In this document: positions 8,732 to 19,273 of the stretch, in pieces
Numbering within the stretch: the first letter of the stretch is position 1
Layout of the letters: every line of letters starts with the position of its first letter
From: a virus
Lineage: Duplodnaviria; Caudoviricetes
DNA length: 56,611 nucleotides
Strand: one strand, 5' to 3'
Virus record (IMG/VR): IMGVR_UViG_3300005077_000420
Coordinates: 1 to 56,611 of that record
Made by a program: the position numbers and the translations under genes
Notes under the pieces: generated by a model
Told to the model about the DNA's origin: nothing
Databases searched by the model: none
What the model saw: the letters and a program-made list of their open reading frames with translations, nothing else

Positions 8732-10062
8732 TATTTTTCTCCATAAAAATATTCATAAGTTTTTTTCATCCAATATAATGTTTGTTCATTATTTTTATTA
8801 TTAGGTATAGCATTATATTGATAAATATAGCCAAATTTAGTAAATAATAAATCATCAGTCAGTATTTCTTTTCTATTCATATCTATCATATTATATTCAT
8901 ATGGTAATTGAGTTAATGGAATATTATTAAGATGTATCATAAAATTTACAGGAGTTTGATCTGTTCCAACATGAAAACTTTCTAATTGCTTAAATTCATC
9001 TATTCTATTATTATATAAATCTAATATACTTTTATATAATATTTCATGAAAATTATTACAAATCATAAATCCAGCATCAAAATATTTATAAAAATCAAAC
9101 ATATAATCACTAAATATATATTTTGAATATATATCCATACTTCTTAACACCCAATCCCAACTTCCACCAAATTCAGCTACAGTAAAATTATGTTGACTCA
9201 ATTCAAAAAAACGAGGAGTATCAGGATGAACAATAGTATCTGCATCTACCATTAAAATTTGATTATATTTTATATTATTTTGTTTTAATAAATCAAATAA
9301 ATAATATCGTTGCCAACAAATTCCCATATCGGATATAGGTAACAATAAATCTTCAAGAACAAACATATCTATATTTTTATGTTTTTTAACCCATTTTTCC
9401 CAACTTGAAATAGAATATTCATATGGTAAACTTCGTGATTCTGACCATCTACCATCACCATTAAGTTTTATATTCATCATAAAAACAATATCATTTTTAT
9501 TATTTTTTGGTTGTATTATAATACCTTCTTTATCAACAAAAACAGTACCTTTTTGAGAAATTAATGTATTAGCATCTTCACCTATAAATTTTAAAATTTG
9601 TATTTCATCTTTAAATTCTTGTATAACTTGATTTACACCAACATTTGGATGACCATAATCATCAAAAATAATTATTGAATTATTATACATATTAATAATT
9701 CGTTGTAAATCATATTTGACTTCTTGATATGAATGACCAGCATCAATCCAAATAACCTGAAAATCAATATCAAAATTTAAATCTTCTTGATATATATTTT
9801 TTTCAATAAAAATTATATTATTTCTATCTTTATGAAGTTCTTTTGCTATACTAACATCTCTATCAATTGCAACTACAGTTTTAAATAAATAACTTAAAAT
9901 TCTACTTGAATATCCTTTATTACATCCAAGTTCTAAAACATTACAATTTCTATATTTTTCATCAGAAAAAAATTCTAATATATCTTTTTTAAATTTTTTA
10001 CTTGTAGTATTTTTATCAGTATCTTTATGTGGCACTTCAGATAATATTTTATCAATATTCAT
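8731..10062 (-). CDS. class I SAM methyltransferase / GT-A glycosyltransferase fusion
   Basis: N-half VLELGCNKG, IDAGHSY and IFDDY; C-half WQRY, MVDADTIVHPD, AGFMI and GTDQTPVN. Confidence 0.8.
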   Translation of the reverse strand: MNIDKILSEVPHKDTDKNTTSKKFKKDILEFFSDEKYRNCNVLELGCNKGYSSRILSYLFKTVVAIDRDVSIAKELHKDRNNIIFIEKNIYQEDLNFDIDFQVIWIDAGHSYQEVKYDLQRIINMYNNSIIIFDDYGHPNVGVNQVIQEFKDEIQILKFIGEDANTLISQKGTVFVDKEGIIIQPKNNKNDIVFMMNIKLNGDGRWSESRSLPYEYSISSWEKWVKKHKNIDMFVLEDLLLPISDMGICWQRYYLFDLLKQNNIKYNQILMVDADTIVHPDTPRFFELSQHNFTVAEFGGSWDWVLRSMDIYSKYIFSDYMFDFYKYFDAGFMICNNFHEILYKSILDLYNNRIDEFKQLESFHVGTDQTPVNFMIHLNNIPLTQLPYEYNMIDMNRKEILTDDLLFTKFGYIYQYNAIPNNKNNEQTLYWMKKTYEYFYGEK

Positions 10063-10065
10063 AAT

Positions 10066-10806
10066 TTATTCCTTTAATTCATCAGGAAAACTTGTTATTT
10101 CATTTTCTAATGATTTTATTATTTCTCTGTTTTTTTCTTTTATTAACCATTTAAAATTATTTAAATTATCATAACCAGTATCAGTCCATGAATACGGATG
10201 ACATAATAAATGAATTTTTTCTCCATTAACATCATTAGCATATTTCCATCTATGATTAGAATCAGATAAATACGTTATTTTCATAACACCAGTATTTTCA
10301 AAATCATGATCTATAAATTTTTCATCATATTGATTAATTATATTATTATCAATATGAAATGGTTTAACAATCCATTCATAACGTGGACGATGATATACAA
10401 ATCTATCTATTTTATAATCTAAATAATAAGATAAAATACTTATTTCTTTTAAAATATGAACTTTCATTTGATGTTCAGTATTACCATATAAAAAATCTTT
10501 TTTCATATATGTATGAACACCAATTTTATGTCCCATAGATATAATATCTTTAATTAATTGTAAATTTTTAATTGATAAAGAATTATAATTATTATTAGAT
10601 AATTGAATATTATATGTAGATTTAACTCCTATTTTATTTTCTATCATTGCTAATTTATGCGCTCTATCTATACTAAATTCTACATCATGTCGAATTATAC
10701 ACCAAGTATTATACATATCAACATCAGAAAAATCTATAATAGGTATATTTTTTAATCTTATTTTTTTAATTAAATTTCTATAATAATCATATGAAAATTC
10801 ATTCAT
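10066..10806 (-). CDS. polysaccharide deacetylase-like protein
   Basis: IRHDVE, IGVH, HRP and LCHP motifs of the NodB/WbmS-like barrel. Confidence 0.7.
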   Translation of the reverse strand: MNEFSYDYYRNLIKKIRLKNIPIIDFSDVDMYNTWCIIRHDVEFSIDRAHKLAMIENKIGVKSTYNIQLSNNNYNSLSIKNLQLIKDIISMGHKIGVHTYMKKDFLYGNTEHQMKVHILKEISILSYYLDYKIDRFVYHRPRYEWIVKPFHIDNNIINQYDEKFIDHDFENTGVMKITYLSDSNHRWKYANDVNGEKIHLLCHPYSWTDTGYDNLNNFKWLIKEKNREIIKSLENEITSFPDELKE

Positions 10807-10820
10807 TATCTTTATCCTCC

Positions 10821-11273
10821 TTAATATGATATTAAATATTCTATCATATTTCTCGTATTTTGATGTAAATTCATTTTATCCTTATTTTCAGAATACCATT
10901 TTTTTACACCATTAAAATTACTTACTATTCTCGATTTTCCATTTTTTATTATATCCATTGCTAACCAATCACAAACCATTTCATATATATATATTTGATC
11001 CATATGTTTAGGTTTATCATCAACAATCCAGTATTGCCAATGATGTTTATTTCTTTTATAATGAAGATCAACTGCAACATTAAATTTATTTTTAATATCT
11101 TTAGTTTTTTTATCACCATAAAAATAATTTGCATATGGAAAAAATTCAGATGGTAAAAATTTACTAAAATCATGTATAATTCCTCTATAAAATAAACCAA
11201 ATTTAAAACATTCTAACATTACATACCATTTATGTTTCACTATATATTTAAAATATTTTATATATTTATTCAT
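10821..11273 (-). CDS. HD-like phosphohydrolase (DUF5662-like)
   Basis: HKWYV, HDFSKF, NKHHWQYW and EMVCDW. Confidence 0.7.
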   Translation of the reverse strand: MNKYIKYFKYIVKHKWYVMLECFKFGLFYRGIIHDFSKFLPSEFFPYANYFYGDKKTKDIKNKFNVAVDLHYKRNKHHWQYWIVDDKPKHMDQIYIYEMVCDWLAMDIIKNGKSRIVSNFNGVKKWYSENKDKMNLHQNTRNMIEYLISY

Positions 11274-11980
11274 TCAATTTTTCCTTTATAATAATCTCTA
11301 ACTTTTCGATATCCCATTTCTTTTCCATGATATAACCAACAAAATCCATTTAAATAAAATATAACTCCTTGTTTATGTAATGTAATAAAATAACCTTCTT
11401 GACCTCCCCAAATTCCATCTCCACCATCATACTCATGTTTTAATGGAAACATTTCATTATCAGCAAATCTATATTTTTCATAAAAATTTCGTGTAAATGC
11501 AAAGAAAAATCCACTCGGTATTTCATTATCAGGAAATTTATAAATTTTATAATTTGGCTTAGATTGCTTTTGAATACCACTTAACAATCCTTCACTTAAT
11601 GGAAAATATATACTATTATTACTTTCATTATGTGTTTTTATAAAATTTAAAAATGGATTAATAGTAGTATTAAAAATTATATCATCACTGGTCATACAAA
11701 TAATATCACAATTATCATTAAATGCCATATCAATTCCAATATTCCATCCTCCAGTAATTCCTTTTTCAGATTGATCTTTAATATAATGATATAAAATTTT
11801 ATTATTCCATTTTTTATAATCATATTGTATTTCAGAACCATTATCTACAATATAAATATAAAAATTTTGAGTATTATCTAATTCTGAGTATAAAGAAGAT
11901 ATACATTTATCTGCTAATAATAATCCATTATTTCTAAATTTTTCAGAATAATGAACTAATATTACAAATCCAATTTTCAT
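11270..11980 (-). CDS. GT2-family glycosyltransferase
   Basis: IVDNGS, GWNIG, TSDDI, GFFFAF and GQE. Confidence 0.8.
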   Translation of the reverse strand: MKIGFVILVHYSEKFRNNGLLLADKCISSLYSELDNTQNFYIYIVDNGSEIQYDYKKWNNKILYHYIKDQSEKGITGGWNIGIDMAFNDNCDIICMTSDDIIFNTTINPFLNFIKTHNESNNSIYFPLSEGLLSGIQKQSKPNYKIYKFPDNEIPSGFFFAFTRNFYEKYRFADNEMFPLKHEYDGGDGIWGGQEGYFITLHKQGVIFYLNGFCWLYHGKEMGYRKVRDYYKGKIE

Positions 11981-11993
11981 TAAAGTCCTCCCA

Positions 11994-12971
11994 TTATAAA
12001 TTTAATGATTTATTATTATTATTTATAATTTCAAATCTATTTTTAACTGATTTATAAGAATATATATTATTAACTGCAATCCATGCATTATTAATTACAT
12101 TATATCTTTTTTCATAATCATTAATATATTCATAAAAAAAATGTTCTAATATATCAAAATCATTAGTATATGTATCTGGAAATAATATTTTATGAGAATC
12201 ATTTAATCCTCCAATATTTATAATACCAAGTGCGGCACATTGCATTGCTTGTTGTCCTGGAAAATGTAAATTTGGGTCTAAATTAAAATGAAATGTACAT
12301 GGAGTCCATAAATCTAAAAAATTTTTCCATTTATTTTGTATTTGATTATCTGTATGCATTCTTATATATGGAATATTATATTTTTTACTTATATATTCTG
12401 TAAATTTTAATGTTTCTCCTAATCTTGAAGAATTATGTACTGGAAAATATGAAAATATTTTTTCTTGCTTATTTTCCATAAAATAATGATCATATAAATA
12501 ATCTATATCTACTGGTTGAGGCAGAAAATATATATTTTTATTACAAGTAGATATTCCAGTTAATAAATTATAATTAAATATTGGAGATAATACATCATCC
12601 ACTTCATTACATACTTCAATTCTTTTATTCCAATTAGTATTCCAATTCCATAATTCTTTTATTACATAAAATATTTTAGCATTTGGATATTTTTTTCTCA
12701 ATTTAAAAATTGTCATTGTATCAAATTTGTTTTCTATACTAACAAATATAACATCTAAATCTAAATCTGGAAGTTCATTTTCCCATTCACTCCAATTTAA
12801 AAAACATCCATTAAAAACAAATGGATATCCCCAAAAACCAATAAATGATTTATTTCCTAATGAATGATGAAATTTATATGGTTCATTTTCATTTTTAAAT
12901 TTATATGCTTTATTATTTTTAACAATATATGATTCAACTTTACATTTATCAACTATTAACGCAAAATTCAT
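11994..12971 (-). CDS. putative GT-B glycosyltransferase
   Basis: LPQPVD and GQQAMQCAALG (GT4-like C-terminal lobe); cluster context. Confidence 0.55.
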   Translation of the reverse strand: MNFALIVDKCKVESYIVKNNKAYKFKNENEPYKFHHSLGNKSFIGFWGYPFVFNGCFLNWSEWENELPDLDLDVIFVSIENKFDTMTIFKLRKKYPNAKIFYVIKELWNWNTNWNKRIEVCNEVDDVLSPIFNYNLLTGISTCNKNIYFLPQPVDIDYLYDHYFMENKQEKIFSYFPVHNSSRLGETLKFTEYISKKYNIPYIRMHTDNQIQNKWKNFLDLWTPCTFHFNLDPNLHFPGQQAMQCAALGIINIGGLNDSHKILFPDTYTNDFDILEHFFYEYINDYEKRYNVINNAWIAVNNIYSYKSVKNRFEIINNNNKSLNL

Positions 12972-13669
12972 TTTTTCCCCAACACTGAATTTAATTTATC
13001 AAGATTCATAGATATATTACAAGAATCAATATATTCTTTATTTTTATGAATTGGAATAATATCTTGACGAGAAGATTTTGCTAAATCATATACTGTTTTT
13101 AATTTTGTTCCAACATTAAATAAACCAGTACAATCTTTATTTATTAATTCAATCATTATATTTGCAATAACATCTACATAATCAAAATTTCCAATTAAAT
13201 CAATCCATGCCGCATTATATTCAAATGGATATTTTTTATATGATGCTCTTAATATAAGATAATTATTACTTCTCGCCATAATATATGCATCAGCTAATAT
13301 TTTAGTATAAACATACCAATTATTATAATGTACTGGAATATCTTCTTCATTTGCCATATTAACTGAATTGGCATAAACATAATCTGTACTAATATGAATT
13401 AATTTTTTTTCAAAAAAATTACATAAATCTACTAAATCCATAACTGATTTATAATTCGTATTCCAGTGCATTTCTTTATTAATATTATCTTTTGTTTTTG
13501 TATAGGCAATACAATTTATAATTTCAGTAACATCATTATTTGAAATATATTTTAAATAACTATCTATATCATTAAAATCAATTCCATCTTTTTTTCTACT
13601 TATATAATTCCATCCAGTTATAGAATGTATAGTAGAAGATAAAATTCCATCACCAAGCATTAATATCAT
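12968..13669 (-). CDS. RmlD-like NDP-4-keto-sugar reductase
   Basis: GDGILS, INCIAYT, HISTDYV and YVYTK (YxxxK). Confidence 0.8.
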   Translation of the reverse strand: MILMLGDGILSSTIHSITGWNYISRKKDGIDFNDIDSYLKYISNNDVTEIINCIAYTKTKDNINKEMHWNTNYKSVMDLVDLCNFFEKKLIHISTDYVYANSVNMANEEDIPVHYNNWYVYTKILADAYIMARSNNYLILRASYKKYPFEYNAAWIDLIGNFDYVDVIANIMIELINKDCTGLFNVGTKLKTVYDLAKSSRQDIIPIHKNKEYIDSCNISMNLDKLNSVLGKK

Positions 13670-13675
13670 AATATT

Positions 13676-14974
13676 TTATTCCTTAAAATTTTCAACAATT
13701 AATTTTATATATTTCAGTGTTTGTTCAGTATAATGTGGAGAACAACCAACAAAAAATACTTTATCTAATACTTCATTTGCCATTGGATATTTAGAAAAAT
13801 CATCATAATTTTTATATGCAGGATGTAAAAGAATATTTCCTGCAAAATAATTCCTTGTTTGTATATTATTTTGTTCCAAATGTTCTACTAATTTTGTTTT
13901 TAATTCTTTAGTTTTACATAAAATTGGAACACCAAACCAACATACATCAGAAAATGAATGCTTTTCTACTTTTTTAATACCATTTATTTTTAAAAAATAT
14001 TTTTCAATATGAGATTTATTATATATTCTATTTTGTTTTATTTTTCCAAATTTATCTAATTGTACAAGTCCCATTGCTCCTTGAATATCTAATGGTTTTA
14101 AATTATATCCTATGTTTGTAAATACATATTTATGATCAACAATTCCATTATATAATGGTTTAAGCCAATCACTGAATCTTTTTTTACAAGTTCCCTGTGG
14201 TAATAAATTTGATGAACCAACACAATAACAATCTCTACCCCAAGATATCATGCTTCTTGCTATATCTATAATTTCTTTAATATCAGAAGAAATCATTCCA
14301 CCTTCTCCCGTTGATATTTGATGAGCAGAATAAAAAGAACATGATGAAGTTATACAATATTCATTTAAATATTTATTAAACCATTTAGTTCCAAGACTAT
14401 CACAATTATCTAATATTAATTTTAAATTATATGTTTTACTGATATTAATTAATTCATCTATATTTGGAGGATTCCCTAAAACTGGACTTATAAAAATTGC
14501 TTTAGTATTACTATTTATATTTTGTTTTAATTTATGTAAATCAAAATTTAATGTTTGTAATTCTATATCAACAAATGAAGGTTTTAAATTATTTAATAAT
14601 ATTGCAGATAATGTAGTTGGAAAACCAACCACTGAAATTATAATTTCAGAATTATCATCCCAATTAAAATATTTTTTTAATGCCGCAAGCATTATTAAAT
14701 TTGCAGAACTTCCAGAATTAACCATTACTGAATATTTAGAATTAAATTTTTTAGAAAATTCATTTTCAAATTTATGTACTTTTTCACCACTGGAAAACCA
14801 TTTACCAAAAATTAATGTTTCAATAATAGCTTCAATTTCATTTTCATCAAAAAAAGGACCTGAATATAATACTTTATTTTCAAATTCCTTATTATTATAT
14901 GCAAATTTTGGAACAATGCCATATTCAGATATTATATCATTTATAAATTTACTTATTATATTTTTTTTATCCAT
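13676..14974 (-). CDS. rfbH: RfbH/DdhC-like CDP-4-keto-6-deoxyglucose 3-dehydrase (DegT family)
   Basis: NSGSSANL; SFYSAHQISTGEGG with His at the PLP-Lys position; WGRDCYC...C Fe-S segment; DHKYVF; FAGNI. Confidence 0.8.
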   Translation of the reverse strand: MDKKNIISKFINDIISEYGIVPKFAYNNKEFENKVLYSGPFFDENEIEAIIETLIFGKWFSSGEKVHKFENEFSKKFNSKYSVMVNSGSSANLIMLAALKKYFNWDDNSEIIISVVGFPTTLSAILLNNLKPSFVDIELQTLNFDLHKLKQNINSNTKAIFISPVLGNPPNIDELINISKTYNLKLILDNCDSLGTKWFNKYLNEYCITSSCSFYSAHQISTGEGGMISSDIKEIIDIARSMISWGRDCYCVGSSNLLPQGTCKKRFSDWLKPLYNGIVDHKYVFTNIGYNLKPLDIQGAMGLVQLDKFGKIKQNRIYNKSHIEKYFLKINGIKKVEKHSFSDVCWFGVPILCKTKELKTKLVEHLEQNNIQTRNYFAGNILLHPAYKNYDDFSKYPMANEVLDKVFFVGCSPHYTEQTLKYIKLIVENFKE

Positions 14975-14976
14975 AT

Positions 14977-15753
14977 TTAAATTCCTTGTTTTATATCTCT
15001 AATTAAAAATAATGGATTTCTCCAATGAAACAAATAATCATATACATGAAATGGAGCTCCAGTTTCATTACTTAAACTTCCGAAAGTAATATATGGATAT
15101 TTTTGTAAAACCAATTCTTTTGTTTTATCAAATGCAATACAATCATCCCATCGATCATTAGAAAATATTTTTCCATCTAAATAATAATCAATATATTCAA
15201 CTATAAAAGTTTTTGCATTTTTTTGTAAATTAAAAACAATTGTATCAGTTTCAGTATAAAGTCCATGTGAACTTCTATCAATATGACATATATCATATTT
15301 TTTTACATAATCAATAAAAATTTCATCCAATGATTTATTAAATTTAGTATCACATCCAACCCAAATTAAAAATGGAGTTTTACATATATTTTTACAATTA
15401 TTAATTGCTACTACTTTTCTAAACCAAAAAATAGAATTTCGTATCCAATAATAAGGAGGATCAAATGTTGATGGAGTTCCATATTTATGAACATCTTTAA
15501 ATGGTGATTTTTTTAAAAAATCAGATAACCAATTATTTTCTTCAAATAAATCAAATATATGTAAATTATCCCATTTTTCTTTAATTACTAATTGTTCATT
15601 ATATTTTTCTTGTTCAAATAAATTTTCATGATATACATAAAAATCCATATTTGGATAAAAATTCATCATGCTTTTTACTATTTCTTGATGTTCATCTTCA
15701 TATAATCTTTTATTAAAAGTTGTACCTACACTAAATAATTTTTCTATTTTCAT
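14977..15753 (-). CDS. putative nucleotide-diphospho-sugar transferase
   Basis: FRKVVAI, LIWVGCDT, ETDTIVF and WDDCIAFD resemble phage GT-A proteins. Confidence 0.5.
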   Translation of the reverse strand: MKIEKLFSVGTTFNKRLYEDEHQEIVKSMMNFYPNMDFYVYHENLFEQEKYNEQLVIKEKWDNLHIFDLFEENNWLSDFLKKSPFKDVHKYGTPSTFDPPYYWIRNSIFWFRKVVAINNCKNICKTPFLIWVGCDTKFNKSLDEIFIDYVKKYDICHIDRSSHGLYTETDTIVFNLQKNAKTFIVEYIDYYLDGKIFSNDRWDDCIAFDKTKELVLQKYPYITFGSLSNETGAPFHVYDYLFHWRNPLFLIRDIKQGI

Positions 15754-16706
15754 TTTTTTCCTTTTTTTAATATATCAAATATATATTCAACTCTTTTTAA
15801 TGAAGTGTGGTATGTAAGTCCATGAACATAACCTCTACGACCAATTTCAAGTGCTTTATCTATATTTTTTAAATAATAATGTAATTTTTCATGAAATTCA
15901 TCCATATTTTTAAATTCAATATAAGTTTCACCATCAACAAATGGATATGGTATTATTATATTATATTTTTGACAAAATAAAGTTGAACCATTTGCTATTA
16001 TTTCAAAAAATCTGGCATTACAATCTCCTCCTCCCCATGAATCAACTGTCATTATTGATCTTGCCATCATTAACAAATATTGATCATATGGAAACTTATT
16101 AACTACAACTTTTGGTAAATTTAAAGCTTTCACATAATTTTCAATATCATTTCGTAATCCAGTATCATTTTGACCGAAACCAACATATAAATCAATATCT
16201 CTTTTTACATTTATATTACTGTAATATTTATCTAATATTCCAAACGGAAGAGGAATACATCCAAAATCATCAATATCTTCTTGATAACATTCACGTTTAA
16301 AATAAAAAGCTACTTTTTGCCACATCTCTTCCCAAATCCAGGGATATCCTTTTCTTTTCTTAGGATCAATTTTAGAATCCATAACTTGTTGAATTTTTGG
16401 ATTTGGATAACCATTATATGTCCACTCACTACCATCAATATATATTGTTTTTTCTGGTTTATTAATTATATCAGCTAAATAATATTTTGGCTGTGGTCTA
16501 TCATCTTTTGATTTATCCCAAATAATAAATATATAATCTGCATCTTTAGAATGAGCAACAATTTCTTGATCATTATATATATTTTTAATATATTGATTTG
16601 GAGCGGATGCAATTATTTCTAAATCTTTAATTTTACTAAAACCTTCTAAAATCGTATTTGCTAAAAAATCTGGACTATTATAAGGATTAATTGTAATTAT
16701 TTTCAT
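15750..16706 (-). CDS. GT-B glycosyltransferase (CgeB/Glyco_trans_1_2-like)
   Basis: YFKRE, GGGDCNARFFEI, IGRRG..H...YHT. Confidence 0.75.
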   Translation of the reverse strand: MKIITINPYNSPDFLANTILEGFSKIKDLEIIASAPNQYIKNIYNDQEIVAHSKDADYIFIIWDKSKDDRPQPKYYLADIINKPEKTIYIDGSEWTYNGYPNPKIQQVMDSKIDPKKRKGYPWIWEEMWQKVAFYFKRECYQEDIDDFGCIPLPFGILDKYYSNINVKRDIDLYVGFGQNDTGLRNDIENYVKALNLPKVVVNKFPYDQYLLMMARSIMTVDSWGGGDCNARFFEIIANGSTLFCQKYNIIIPYPFVDGETYIEFKNMDEFHEKLHYYLKNIDKALEIGRRGYVHGLTYHTSLKRVEYIFDILKKGKK

Positions 16707-16766
16707 ATAATACCTATTTTTTATTTTGTTTTACTGTTAATAGCTAAAATTGTTCCTATTTAAAAA

Positions 16767-17333
16767 TTAAAAATAAATAAAATCATATGAATATGGAGGT
16801 TTTACAAATGGATTAAAATTTCCTGCCGCTTCTAATGCTAATTTTACTCTATCAAAAGATGTTATACTAAAATTTTCTGTTGTATACAATGAACCATAAG
16901 CATATAAATAACCCGATCCAATTGAACTATAATTATATATTAAACGAGATATATGAAAATCTTCTTCCATTTCAAATAAATTGCCATGAAATCCAATTAA
17001 AAAATTACCACCAACTTCTTCATTATTATCAATTTTAGAATATCCACGTTCTTTAAATATACGTCTAATTTCTTCAACAAAATTTGAAACCATATAATCC
17101 ATAATATCATCATTTTCATCATATTCTGGTAGATCAATAATATATTGTAATAATTGTCCCATTCGAAATGAAGAAGAATAACCAAATAAAAATTCTTGAT
17201 TTTTTTTATTTATTCGTTTAAATATTTTTTTATCTGCAACTGTTGTTATAAGTTGTGAATTTGATGCTCCTGAATCTGCACCCATATATATTTTTTTTTC
17301 ATTATTATCTATTAATCCAACTATACAAGTCAT
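16767..17333 (-). CDS. HslV/proteasome-beta-like Ntn peptidase
   Basis: MTCIVG (Thr1 nucleophile), GADS, K..IF and IGSG..YAYG. Confidence 0.8.
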   Translation of the reverse strand: MTCIVGLIDNNEKKIYMGADSGASNSQLITTVADKKIFKRINKKNQEFLFGYSSSFRMGQLLQYIIDLPEYDENDDIMDYMVSNFVEEIRRIFKERGYSKIDNNEEVGGNFLIGFHGNLFEMEEDFHISRLIYNYSSIGSGYLYAYGSLYTTENFSITSFDRVKLALEAAGNFNPFVKPPYSYDFIYF

Positions 17334-17348
17334 ATATAATCTCCAAAT

Positions 17349-18515
17349 TTATATTAAATTATTAATTAATTTACATACATATTTTATATCATTATCGGTT
17401 AAATCTTGATGATTTGGTAAATAAAAACCATATTTATCAATAGCATTACAATATGGTAATTCATTAATATTATATCGTTTTTTATAAAATGGTTGTTTAC
17501 TCATTGTCCCACAAATTAATGGTCTAACTTCAACATTACTATTCAATAGAACATGAATAATTGGATTTATATTTATATTAAATAATATTAATGGATATGC
17601 AAAATTAGATACAAATACATTACTATATTTTTTAGGTCTCCACAATTTTTCGTCTAAATATTTATCATATAATAAATAATTTATATTTCTTTTATTAATA
17701 ATATCATCTATTTTATCTAATTGTGTTATTCCAATATAAGCCTGTAAATCAGTTGATCTTAAATTAAATCCTGAATAATAAAATGTATAAATATCATTAA
17801 AATCTGAAATATTCCATTGTTCTTTCAATTCCTTTCTTTTTTGATTATTCATATCTCGACTCCATCCATGAGATCGAATTGCTAATAAAATATTATATAA
17901 ATCTTCATTATCAGTTACAATTAATCCTCCTTCAATAGTAGAAAAATGATGACCATAAAATGTCGAATATGATCCCATTAATCCAAAAGTTCCTACTTTT
18001 TTATTTTCATACATAGAACCCATTGCTTCACATGCATCTTCAAGCAATAATATATTATTTCTTTTACATATATCAATTATTTTTGACATATTAGGAACAA
18101 ATCCTAAAACATGAACTAAAATTAAAATTTTAGGAAGTCCAGAACTTCTATGTTTTTCAATTAAAGTTTCAAAATGTTTTAAATTTATTGATAAATCCAT
18201 ATAATTAGTATCAATTAATACTGGTTCTAATCCTAATTGAATAATTGGAGAAACATCTGTTGCCCAACTCAATGATGGAACAAATACTTTATCACCTTTT
18301 TTTAATATTCCAAATTCAAATAAAGCCCATAACATTAAAAGATTAGCAGAACTTCCCGAATTTACAAAAATACTATATTTTGATCCTATCCAATTAGAAA
18401 ATTTTTTTTCAAATTCTATTGTTTTAATTCCTTTTGTCAATTTAGGATTTGTTTTTAACCATTCTATTAAAAGATTAATATCTTTTTCATTTATTGTATC
18501 AGCGACTAAATTCAT
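17349..18515 (-). CDS. ColD-like GDP-4-keto-6-deoxymannose 3-dehydratase (DegT family)
   Basis: NSGSSANL, EDACE, STFYGHHFSTIEGG (His instead of Lys), RSHGWSR and GFNLR; lacks the RfbH Cys cluster. Confidence 0.75.
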   Translation of the reverse strand: MNLVADTINEKDINLLIEWLKTNPKLTKGIKTIEFEKKFSNWIGSKYSIFVNSGSSANLLMLWALFEFGILKKGDKVFVPSLSWATDVSPIIQLGLEPVLIDTNYMDLSINLKHFETLIEKHRSSGLPKILILVHVLGFVPNMSKIIDICKRNNILLLEDACEAMGSMYENKKVGTFGLMGSYSTFYGHHFSTIEGGLIVTDNEDLYNILLAIRSHGWSRDMNNQKRKELKEQWNISDFNDIYTFYYSGFNLRSTDLQAYIGITQLDKIDDIINKRNINYLLYDKYLDEKLWRPKKYSNVFVSNFAYPLILFNININPIIHVLLNSNVEVRPLICGTMSKQPFYKKRYNINELPYCNAIDKYGFYLPNHQDLTDNDIKYVCKLINNLI

Positions 18516-19273
18516 AATATTCCTTTTAATAAATAATCGGTAATTGAAGTATAAATCTGAGTTTTATTATATAAATATCTATCAATTGAATTATTCCATA
18601 ATTTATAATGAATACTATATATATTATAATTTCTAAGATTATTTTTATTATTATGATCCAAATTAATATTAAAAATATCTTTAGCTAATGTTTTAATTAA
18701 TATTGGTTCACTTATTAAATTACTTATTTTTAAATCATTATTAATTATTTTAATAATATCTGTATATATATTATTTAAATCATAAAATTGTATTATATCA
18801 TTTAAATTAATATATTCAAATTTTTTATTAACTAAATCAAAAATTACATTTTTCTTTATTCCTTTTCCAAAAATAACAGGTAATCTTATTATATATGAAT
18901 TGAATTTTTTATTACAATAATTTTCAAATATATATCTATTTCTTCCATATGGATTTAGTTTAGTAGAATCAATATTATGACTTTCGTCTATAAAATTTTT
19001 ATCATAAACTTCAATTGTTGATATTAATATTAATTTATTAACTTTTATAGTATTTAATACATTCATTAAAAATATAACGTTATTAAAATCATCTGTACTA
19101 TTTTCATTAACTATTCTTTTATTTCCAGATAAACAACTACATATTAATAAATCAAATTCTTTATTTTTTATTTCATTAATATTTTTAGTATTATATATAA
19201 AATCAATATTATGTTCTGCATTATTTAATATATGTTTTCCAACTAATCCTGTATATCCAATCAATCCAATCAT
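18512..19273 (-). CDS. NAD-dependent epimerase/dehydratase family protein
   Basis: GYTGLVG, ISTIEVY, YGRNR and IRLP.IFG. Confidence 0.8.
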   Translation of the reverse strand: MIGLIGYTGLVGKHILNNAEHNIDFIYNTKNINEIKNKEFDLLICSCLSGNKRIVNENSTDDFNNVIFLMNVLNTIKVNKLILISTIEVYDKNFIDESHNIDSTKLNPYGRNRYIFENYCNKKFNSYIIRLPVIFGKGIKKNVIFDLVNKKFEYINLNDIIQFYDLNNIYTDIIKIINNDLKISNLISEPILIKTLAKDIFNINLDHNNKNNLRNYNIYSIHYKLWNNSIDRYLYNKTQIYTSITDYLLKGIL

